From: Asterias rubens
Taxonomy: Eukaryota
Assembly: GCF_902459465.1 (NCBI RefSeq)
Contig: NC_047064.1
Coordinates: 2,976,001-3,040,000, forward strand
DNA length: 64,000 nt
Direction: 5' to 3'
In this document: in pieces, positions 49,335 through 58,806 of the stretch
Position numbering within the stretch: position 1 is the stretch's first letter
How the letters are laid out: each line of letters starts with the position of its first letter
Translations under genes and position numbers: made by a program
The notes under the pieces: generated by a model
The model's database searches: none
Seen by the model: the letters and a program-made list of their open reading frames with translations, nothing else
Told to the model about the DNA's origin: nothing

Positions 49335-49795
49335 AAACATAGGATTCGAACTGCCTCTAGCTGCCGGGCAATCTCGGTAGTCTAGTTGGTAAGACACTGC
49401 TCTAGAATTGCAAGGGTCGTGGGTTCGAATCCCACCCGAGTAACATGCCTGTGATATTTTTTCACAGGACTCGGGAAGTACTGAGTATACAGTGCTAACA
49501 CACATCGGTGTATGGGTAAAAAACCAAAATTAATATTCTTTATCCCCGATGCAAATTTAACATCTATTATATCGTTGTGGTACCCGCTGCCAAAACATAG
49601 GATTCGAACTGCCTCTAGCTGCCGGGCAATCTCGGTAGTCTAGTTGGTAAGACACTGCTCTAGAATTGCAAGGGTCGTGGGTTCGAATCCCACCCGAGTA
49701 ACATGCCTGTGATATTTTTTCACAGGACTCGGGAAGTACTGAGTATACAGTGCTAACACACAACGGTGTATGGGTAAAAAAAAAACAAAATTAAT
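49335..49795 (+). mobile_element. Near-perfect partial tandem (~1.8 units, period 258 bp) of the tRNA-containing element
   Basis: Two units almost identical; flanked by AATAAAGAT (49291-49299, 49796-49804). Confidence 0.88.
49371..49442 (+). pseudogene. tRNA-like Pol III cassette (anticodon position AGA, short variable loop); second copy at 49629-49700
   Basis: D stem GTCT/AGAC, T stem GTGGG/CCCAC, B box GGTTCGAATCC, acceptor stem 5/7, anticodon stem 3/5; T-run about 15 nt downstream. Not a functional tRNA-Ser (no long variable arm, broken stems). Confidence 0.65.
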
Positions 49796-50191
49796 AATAA
49801 AGATCATGACACAAAGACAACGCATTCTTTTGGTCGAATTGCTCCACTCAGAATACGCACACGCTCATTCAACCAATGGAGTGTGCGTTGTCTTTGCGTC
49901 GTTATCGTTATCGTTATCGTTCTGTTATCGCTGCAGTGGGAGCGGGTCTTTTTTACTTGATTGTCTTTCGGACTTGATGTTTTCCATAATTCAACCATTG
50001 TAGCTGTCATGAGATGTTTTCATTTGAAGAAAAAGCAAATAATGATGAAAGATTTGTTAAGACTTGAAATGTATTATTTGTCAGTCTTATAATGGATTCT
50101 GCCCAAAATACACTGAAGAAAAATTGTGTTTGATTTGAAAAGTATTATTTATCAGTCTTTAGGCATAGAAAGCAGAGTCATTCCATCTTAT

Positions 50192-50558
50192 TTAAAGACA
50201 CTGGACACTATTGGTAATTGTCAAATACCAGTCTTCTCACTTGGTGTACAGTTTGTTAACATATGCATAAAATAACAAACCTGTGAAAATTTGAGCTCAA
50301 TTGGTCGTCGAAGTTGCGAGAGAATAATGGAAGAAAAAAAACGCCCTTGCTGCACAAGTTGTGTGACCTCAAAATCTAATTCTGGGGTCTCGAAAACAAA
50401 TTCAAATAATGTTTTAGTGAGAAATTACTTCTTTCTCAAAAAATAACATAACTTCAGAGGGAGCTGTTTCTCACAATGTTTTATTCTATCAACAGCTCTC
50501 CATTACTCGTTACCAAGTAAGGTTTTATGCTAATAATATTTTTTTCCAGTGCCTTTAA
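50192..50558 (-). mobile_element. K1 MITE, reverse orientation
   Basis: TTAA|AGACACTGGACACTATTGG ... CCAGTGCCT|TTAA. Confidence 0.87.
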
Positions 50559-51494
50559 AGAACGTTCAATCCCACACGAAGTGAAACAAGATCTCAATTA
50601 ACAGCCTTTTCACATGAACTTGCTCAAAACATTGAGCCTTCCAGCCTTCTGTAAAAAAAATGAAAGATCGTTCAAAATCTCCTTCCAATCTGGGTCAACT
50701 CTCAATCCCCACTGATTTTTGATGGCATCGGGTTGCCCCCCACCCCCCTTAGGATACCGTTCAATTATTCAATAATTTTCCCGTTGCTCTTCTTTGTTTC
50801 ACGTGTTGAACGCATCAACCATTTACCAGAATGCATCGGCAAGACGTAGGTATTAGATTATACGTGTAATTGTTAATTTGAGACAGAGCCAGTGAACACA
50901 CGTGTAGCGTGTCAGATTTGTTTTTCCAGTGTGCCCTGTACTTTTTTCGGTGGACATAATTGTCGGATAGACTCGGGTTTACACAAAAAACATGTTTGAA
51001 TTTTCTGTTAATGAAGTACCTGGAGCACTAGTTTTGTGCACTAAATTGTGTTTTTCTCGTTCGGAATGGTTAGCGTCAACAAAGAAGGCTTATTTGCCGA
51101 GCACGGTCGCCTGGCGACGATTGCTGCCGCAGTGAACTCTTTTCATTGAAACTGCACTTTTTGAATTCCGTGCACAGATGGAAAATTCTCTCTGGATGTT
51201 TGGTATTTTTTTCCGGAGGTATTGCAAGGGAAAGATCGGACGTGTGCATTTGTAAACGTTTTAAATAACAGTCTTTTAGTGTGCTTTTATAGCAATTGGT
51301 TTTTTGTACCTAAGCAAGTGTCGCTTTCAAAAAAAACCTCTACTTGTAAACCTAAACCAATCAATATAACATTCCAGACACAAACATACAGGTTCCAATT
51401 TCATGCCATAAGAGAAAAAGCATTGACGACGCTAAGAGAAAAAGCCAAGATTTCATCGGCTGACAACAAATTTTTGCTTTACTTTTCTCTTCAA

Positions 51495-52118
51495 TTAAAG
51501 GCAGGGTAGGTATACTTTTGGTAATTGTCAAATACCACTATGCTCACTTGGTGTATCCCAACAAATGCATAAAATAACAAACCTGTGAAAATTTGAGCTC
51601 AAAAACACCCTTGTCACACAAAGTTGTCAGCGCTTTCAGATGCTTGATTTCAACCTCAAATTCTAATTATGAGGTCTCGAAATCAAATTCGTGGAAAATT
51701 ACTTCTTTCTCGAAAACTACGTTACTTCAGAGGGAGCCGTTTCTCACATTGTTTCATACTATCAACCTTACTCATTACCAAGTAAGGTTTTATGCTAATA
51801 ATTATTTTGAGTATTTACCAATAGTGTCCACTGCCTTTAATTGGTCATTGAAGTTGCAAGAAAATAATGCAAGAAAAGAAACCACCCTAGTTGAATTGTG
51901 TGCATTTCAGATGAATGAAAAAGGCATCATGCCTGAAGCCTTTCTCAGATCAAAATTTTTTTCGTGAAAAATAACCTCTTTCTCTAGAACTACATTACTT
52001 TAAAGGGGTTGTTACTAACAATGTTTTTATAATATCAACAGCCATTCCGTGCTCTTTACCAGTGCTTTTTTATGGTCACTAATTTGATGAGTAATTACCA
52101 AAGGTGTACCTTGCTTTG
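51495..52118 (-). mobile_element. Composite K1: old copy interrupted by a one-ended young K1 fragment (51601-51840)
   Basis: The old-subfamily sequence breaks at tttgagctc|... and resumes at ttggtcattgaag after a young-subfamily half element ending CACTGCCT|TTAA. Confidence 0.7.
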
Positions 52119-52194
52119 TCCTTCAGAGGGGACATACAAAGTCGTTGGTCCCAAGTGTTGTGTAATGCACATACAAGAGATAAATTATGATAAG

Positions 52195-52345
52195 CAATAG
52201 GAGACTTTCCAACGCTAGGTGGCAGCAGACATACCAGGTAAATTTCCATTGTTTACGTAGTTTTGAACATGCGCATAATTCTGAGAACAATGGATTTACC
52301 CGGTAAGTCTGCTGCCCTCTATCGTCCCACAAAAGTCTCCCATTG
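52195..52345. mobile_element. Palindromic MITE, same family as 40411
   Basis: CAATAGGAGACTTT ... AAAGTCTCCCATTG. Confidence 0.75.
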
Positions 52346-52350
52346 TGAGA

Positions 52351-53030
52351 TTTCATTTCATTTCATTTCATTTATTCATTTCACAGGCAAAAATTCAAGC
52401 ACAGACAATAAGAACAGAAGAAAACAAAAACAAGAACATACAATACAATAACATAAAAAGCAGCACCCCTGAAGGATTTTAAAAGAGTAAACTAAATTAC
52501 TATCGAGTTAATCTCCTGATGCCACAATTTACGAAGAGACAAAAAGGGACATTACAGATGGACATTATTAAAACATGGCATACAGTATAAACATATACAA
52601 GCAGTTAAAACTATAAAAGCACTAATGGGCATTAAAAATACAAAATCGTTAAAAGAGAGATTCTAGTTAATTATGCAAAAGGCACTATAAATTTGAGAAA
52701 TAAAAAACAGCAGCAAGGTGTTTGAATGGGCAAGGCAACTAGAAAGTTAAACTGTTTTGGTCAAGGGGACCTCCTCGCCAGGGACTAATAAATGATTCCT
52801 GAGGGAATTTGTGAAGGAGGATAAACTATGGATAATTGTATCTTTAATGCAGGCCGGTAGTTCGTCCCATAATCTAGGGAATCTGTGAAAAAGAGAATGA
52901 TGGGCAGCATTGGAACGCGCCCGATGATGGACAAATTTAACAGATTCGATATGTCTACAATTAATGGGAATTAGAGTGTCCGTGTCAATGTCAAATTTGT
53001 TATATAAACATTTAATAACAAACGTAATTG
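52351..53030 (-). mobile_element. 5'-truncated L2/CR1-type LINE 3' end
   Basis: Minus frame 53022-52747 reads ...HHSLFHRFPRLWDELPACIKDTIIHSLSSFTNSLRNHLL..., a typical CR1/L2 ORF2 C-terminus. It is followed by a 3' UTR and a (GAAAT)n tail at 52351-52385. Confidence 0.78.
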
Positions 53031-53927
53031 AAAGGAAACGCCTCTCAAGCCTGTAGATAAAGCGCTATATAAAAAAAAAGTTATTATTATTTTTTATTAA
53101 GAGAGGTATTGTTTTATTAATTGAACTTGATGTCATTTGCAGGAAAACTCATGTTGGACCTACATGTACATTAATGTACCCATTATGACAAGTGAGATAA
53201 ATTTTCTCCTAGTGCTCGTTGCTTGGTGCCGTAAACTTGTCCTCAATGTGATTCTGGTATTGTACAACAACAAATTGTCCAGTAAACATTTTGAGCTTCA
53301 AGCCCTTCGGTCTTGTGGATTTTGCCCCCGCATTCCAGCCTTGCATCATGCTGCATAATAAAACGTAGTTGTTTTGAAGTTTCTTCAATACATCATCAGA
53401 CAAATACAAGAATGACACTAGAAATGTTTATCGGCAAACATTATTAACTGACGCTCTTCTTGTTTGAACAGTGACAGCTTTTCATGACTCATGTTATGCT
53501 TCCTTGTAAAATGAGTCTTTTCTGAATAACATAGAAGGGCCATTAATCAAGTTATTAAAGATACATCATTTAATTTGGACATCTGGAAAGTACGCGTGAT
53601 ACACAAATTTGTTATTAAGATACATACCTTTTTTTTAAGGGAGACAAAGCTCAATGACACTAAAGGATGGACTTTGTATTATCTTCACATAAAAAGATGA
53701 ATCAAAAGACTTTTTTTTTTTACAGTAATTACTCAAACCTTAGTCCACCCTCTGTTTATGTTATTTGTTTATTAATTTAATAATTCATGCTATAAAGTGT
53801 CATGGTGTTGATAAACAAACAGTCACCATGTACTATGTGATATCACATACATGTTTACAAAAGAGCCACAGGACTTCCTACAGGCTCAGTTTGAACAAAA
53901 AGAAATGTGAAAGTGCAAAAACATTAA

Positions 53928-53969
53928 TCTCCTGAAGACTAGCAGAGTATACTGTTTGAAACGTTGAGA
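53928..53969 (+). ncRNA. Minimal type I hammerhead ribozyme motif 1 (GUU site at 53965)
   Basis: Stem I TCTC/GAGA, core CTGAAGA + extra C, stem II AGCAG/CTGTT with G10.1 mutated to T, palindromic stem III AACGTT. Confidence 0.5.
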
Positions 53970-54119
53970 CCAAACCGGCTCTTTTCAGAGCCACCACTCC
54001 TTCAAAAGAGATTTTACTCATGGTTGTACCCGCAAGTTTACTATTCATATTTATATTTATAGTTCCTCTTATGCAGAAACATTTGAACAAAAAGAAATGT
54101 GAAAGTGCAAAAACATTAT

Positions 54120-54161
54120 TTTCCTGAAGACGAGCAGAGTATACTGTTTGAAACGTCGAGA
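54120..54161 (+). ncRNA. Minimal type I hammerhead ribozyme motif 2 (GUC site at 54157)
   Basis: Stem I TTTC/GAGA, core CTGAAGA + extra C, stem II GAGCAG/CTGTTT (G-U pairs), GAAAC-GTC. Confidence 0.6.
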
Positions 54162-56169
54162 CCCAACCGGCTCTTTTCAGAGCCAACACTCCTTCAAAAG
54201 AGATTTTACCCTTGGTTGTTCCCGCAAGTTTACTATTCATATTTGTATTTATACATGTACATGTAGTTACTCTTATGCAGAAACATTGTGTCTCTTATAA
54301 AAATAGCACCTACATACGTTACCCTCGAATTTGAAATTGTTTTAAAAAGAATGTACAGTACCTTGCTTAAGAATTGCCCGGATGTACACACAAAACAAGA
54401 TACATGTACAGCGTTTATGGTTGGAGCCCCGTTCGTGCAAAAATAGAACATTTTTGCAAAATCAAGATACAATGTTTTTGCACCAACACAACGATATCCT
54501 TGCCACATGTTCACTAAGTGAAGACTAATTTGATCAATCATTTGAGTGATGGAAAATAATTGCTACTTACATTCTATTTTTGGTTTGATTCGTTATAATG
54601 TATGACCTGAGACAATAATTCTGCGAGTCATTACTTTAAGGGGAAGCAGACAAAGGAATAACATTGCCAAAAACTTGGTTTATTATAAACAAAATATTTC
54701 CATTTTTGTTATGAAAGTTTCATTCTTTATACCCATCATTATTTTGTACATGTATTTTATAAACTTCCTTCTAAGATTACATATTGCTCACATTTTTATT
54801 ACGTATATACAATTAGGAAAAAAAAAATCCTAAAAAATGATGGTGCAACGCAAGTTGGTAACACTTCAGATTAGATTTGAAATCATACCTGCTGGCGCTA
54901 TTAGCACGGAACGTGACATGGTTACAACTCAAAGTATTGTACGTGTGTGATCCCTGTCACACATTTTCCAAACTAAAAAATCTCAACCCTTGATTGGCAC
55001 ATCCTTTATTATTATTTGTTCAAAATATTAGCCAACTATCAAGTTGAAATAATAGCCAGGCAACCTATTATTTTCCGAGCCAGTAAACTCTCTTCCTTTC
55101 CCTAGTGATTACAATCTACCCCTCTCTCTCTCTCTGCCGCTCTTTTCTATATTAATGTTGCCAAGTGTACAATTCCCCCGTTGCCACCAAGGACCAGCTG
55201 TACACCTCTGCAGGCGAGGCGAAGCCCTCCCAATAAAAACAGCCAAAGCAAATACAATATGAATAAGGAGACCCCCCCTAGGACGCCTAGAAAGCCGTCT
55301 CTTATCCGTGCTGTCATCTCAAAGAGGAAAAGAAATCGTCCAGTGACATCTAACACACTCGGATGGGTTTCCCTCCCTTTGTTCTGAGAGTCTGGAGCTA
55401 CCTCATCAAGATGACAATGAACCGTCTCGGTTAAGATGATCATAAAAAAAAATAGGAAATTGATTTTGCAGTTTGTCTGGTGCGCCCGCCCACCGCATCT
55501 AAGGAGCTGTTACCACGTAATTGCATTACAGCGAGACGGGGGTATAGCTCCTTGCTTTATAATTAGGCAGTATGGTTAGCACCAGTGGAATTGGTAAGAA
55601 ACCAGTGGGGGACACACAAGGAGGCTCCTGAACGTATCCGGATGCGGTTGTCGGAGCAAAGCCGAGGGACCAACCACCTCGTCTACAGAGGAGTCAAATA
55701 AGACTGAGGACTGGCTCCTGTGGGTCTGGTTGTCATAAGTGATTCCGACGCCCATTTATCATTGACTTAATTTCTGGGACATTCAATGTCTCTTTTTGTC
55801 TGACTCTGGTGGAGGTGCAAAAATAAAAACAATGCAATGCCAGTATCTATTACCATTGTCATGGCTGGTGTATATATTGTGCTTTTAGCGAGGTGGGGAA
55901 AGTGTTATAGGCCCTTCCAGTTTCATTAAATCAGAACTTACGTCACTATATTGTGGATCAAATGAACCATCAAATGGTCTTTACATTGTAAGTCAAGTTT
56001 GTGAATTGTTATATTGCATTGTATGCAGGGTACTACAACTGTACATTACATGCACATAAACATTACTGTGAAAATTTGATATGTTTGTATTTATCTTTCT
56101 ATTTTGTAGGAATTAATTAGTGTAAACTGGTTAGCCTACCAACCGAAATGAACAGTGACTCTTAACAAG

Positions 56170-56640
56170 TGGTGATTGCCTACGATCGGGCTGACTCTGT
56201 GGGTTAATTACTTGTCTTTCACCTGTTTGGACCCCGATTCAAATCCTACCTCAAACAGGAGCCTTGCATGTTGATTGGGTTTTCAGTCTCTACCTGATTG
56301 CATGGGTTTACCCCAATGGGGTATTCCACACAATTCTAAAACTGACGGTTTCTTTTCGATTAGCTTCCCTGGGTCGACCCCGTGGTGCTCACTCGGGTGA
56401 GCCCCTGACAAGAGCTAACCGAACGATCGCCCTCTCGTGGTAATGTCATGCACCTCGGGTCACCCCAAGTGACCCACTCCACAAGCAGGGCACTGGGGGC
56501 TGACCCGGGTGAGCCCCTGGAATGAAGTCAAAGCTATTCGAACGACCCAGGGAAGCTAAACGAATGCACCCATACATCCCTCTATGTAAACTAATTGTGC
56601 TGTTGGATGTGTAATAAATAATAAAATAATAACAAATAAA
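56170..56640 (+). mobile_element. SINE S1 interrupted by a MITE
   Basis: Core GCCTTGCATGTTGATTGGGTTTTCAGTCTCTACCTGA; 3' part GTGCTGTTGGATGTGTAATAA matches the 62.8 kb copy. Confidence 0.6.
56355..56564. mobile_element. MITE nested in a SINE
   Basis: TTCGATTAGCTTCCCTGGGTCG ... CGACCCAGGGAAGCTAAACGAA; internal direct repeat CGGGTGAGCCCCTG. Confidence 0.72.
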
Positions 56641-56766
56641 CTTATTTGTCATTGTAAAGTTACATTGTACATTTATTTTAATACAGTGAGCAATAACCAA
56701 CATAATTAAATAGCAACTTGCACATTTTTGTAAAATTAAATCTGGTGAGAAATGTGTGTGAGATAA

Positions 56767-57155
56767 TTAAAGGCAGTGGACACTATTGGTAATTACTCAA
56801 AATAATTATTATCATAAAACCTTACTTGGTGACGAGTAATGGGGAGAGGGTAATGGTATAAAACATTGTGAGAAAAGGCTCCCTCTGAAGTGCCATAGTT
56901 TTCGAGAAAGAAGCAATTTTCCACGAATTTGATTTCGAGACCTCAAGTTTAGAATTTGAGGTCTCAAATCAACTAACTAAACGCACACAACTTCGTGTGA
57001 CAAGGGTATTTTTTTCTTTCATTATTATCTCGCAAATTCGATGACCGATAGAGCTCAATTTTTCACAGGTTTGTTATTATTATATGCATATGTTGAGATA
57101 CACCAAGTGAGAAGGCTAGTTTTTGACAATTACCAATAGTGTCCACTGCCTTTAA
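56767..57155 (+). mobile_element. K1 MITE (young, complete)
   Basis: TIRs AGGCAGTGGACACTATTGGTAATT / AATTACCAATAGTGTCCACTGCCT match perfectly; TTAA on both sides. Confidence 0.9.
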
Positions 57156-57404
57156 GCTTCTGTTTGTGACAGGATCGTCCATACATTTTAAGAAAGATTG
57201 ATTTCTCTAGATGTCATCTTAATGGGAACATCTGGACATCTTAGACATATCAATTTGATTCCATACTAATCTCAGAAGGTGATATATTGCAAATGAGATG
57301 TTGAGTAGTTCATCAGACTGAAGTTTATGCATGGTATACTTCAAAATACTTCAAAATGGGACTTTTTTTTATATTGGTCTTTGGGTTTGCTAGATGGGAA
57401 TCAC

Positions 57405-57709
57405 GGGGTGGTCAGGTTGGCATAGTGGTATCTTTCCTTGCCTTCCACCTCAAGGACCCCCTGTTCGAACCACATTTCGGGCACTATGTGGATTGGGATT
57501 TCAGAACCTACCTGACTTTGTGGGTTTTTCCTTGAAAATTCTCTGGAATTTCCCTACCACATCTAATTAACTGAAACTTCCTTTGCTTGTCTTTTCTGTC
57601 CATTGTGTTCTTGGATAGTACAGGGATTAATTGTTCGCTTTTCTGAGAGTCCTTCGCTTCACAACCAGAATAAAATATATTTGAAATGAAGTGAAATGAG
57701 ATGAAATGA
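57405..57709 (+). mobile_element. SINE S1 with (GAAAT)n-like tail
   Basis: A/B-box-like head, shared core, tail TGAAATGAAGTGAAATGAGATGAAATGA. Confidence 0.65.
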
Positions 57710-58444
57710 TATTAGCTAAAACAAAATTTTAATTAATAGTGATATCCAAATGTGGAAAGGGAAATGTACCATGAGTGAAACTTGTAATAATTGTTGCTGT
57801 TTACTATATCCGTTTACTTAGTGTAGCTGTGTGCATGATACATGTATAATTATAATAAAAATAGTACACAGTTTTTATGTAGTTCCTTATCACACCCTAT
57901 GGCATCCCTTAGCACTCATTATTTAATTTAAGACCCATTGATTAACAAAGCACCATGTTGGTTTCAAAAAAATGATAAACAACCAAACCTGTTTTTTGTC
58001 TTTATAAGCATCTTATGTAACCAGAGCTCATTCTCTCTCCATCTTGATGCATCTCACTCATCCAGCCTTACATCATCAGTGACCCATCCTCATCTCTTAA
58101 TGAGCACCCAGAGGAGACTCCTTCCTCGCTGGTGTCTCAAGACGAAGAATAAGATGATGATGATGATGATGCCCTTGGGTCTCTGAAGATGATGCCCATC
58201 TATTGACAGGTTTGTCCGCCTCTGCTCTTTGACGCTTTCTAATTTTTTATTCCGTTTTATATTTTCATCTTTTTATAGACTATGATTCAGTTCAAATCAA
58301 AAATCAATATTACGTCTATTTCCTTGGGAGCAATATGTGAGGAATATACTCAAGATGTATGGTTGTTCTTCAGTTTGTCTCGGAGACTCAGACAGGTTTA
58401 CAGTATAATTCTTGCCAAAAATCTAGGGTCCAATACTACATGTA

Positions 58445-58806
58445 TTAAAGCCACTGGACTAGTTACTCAAAATAAGTGTATATGTAAGCATTAAAACTTA
58501 CTTGGTATAACAAGCATTGGAGAGCTGTTGATAGTATAAAACATTGTGAGGAACCGCTCCCTCTGAAGTAATGTAGTTTTTGAGAAAGGGGTTCTTTCTC
58601 ACTCAAAATAATGATAGACTTTAGGCCTGAAGCGCTTTATTAGGCACACAAATTTGTGCAACAAGGTTTTTCTTTCTTTCATTATTCCCATGCAACTTGG
58701 ATGACCATTTGAGTCAAAATTTTCACAGATTTATTGTATACATTTGTCGGGATACAGTAAGTAAGAATGGTCTTTGACAATTACCAAATGTTTCCAGTAC
58801 CTTTAA
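58445..58806 (+). mobile_element. K1 MITE (older subfamily)
   Basis: TTAA|AGCCACTGGAC ... TTCCAGTACCT|TTAA. Confidence 0.8.

Larger units (their letters stand above)
49260..49948. mobile_element. MITE (TIR GGCCCGGTCCCACTGCAGCGATAAC) interrupted by the 258-bp tRNA-containing tandem
   Basis: Right end GTTATCGCTGCAGTGGGAGCGGGTC; the insert is flanked by duplicated AATAAAGAT. Confidence 0.72.
53891..54286 (+). repeat. Tandem dimer (192/204-bp units), each carrying a minimal type I hammerhead motif; retrozyme/Penelope pLTR-like
   Basis: Two near-identical units, each with CTGAAGA-C-[stem II]-GAAAC-GT(T/C)-GAGA. Confidence 0.8.

Noticed and set aside
49371-49442. Functional tRNA-Ser(AGA)
   Set aside because: Short variable loop, mismatched acceptor and anticodon stems, and embedded in a multi-copy mobile unit.
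49335-49795. Hammerhead or HDV-like ribozyme in the 258-bp unit
   Set aside because: No CUGANGA...GAAA core on either strand. An HDV-like fold lacks a matching P1 and the catalytic C.
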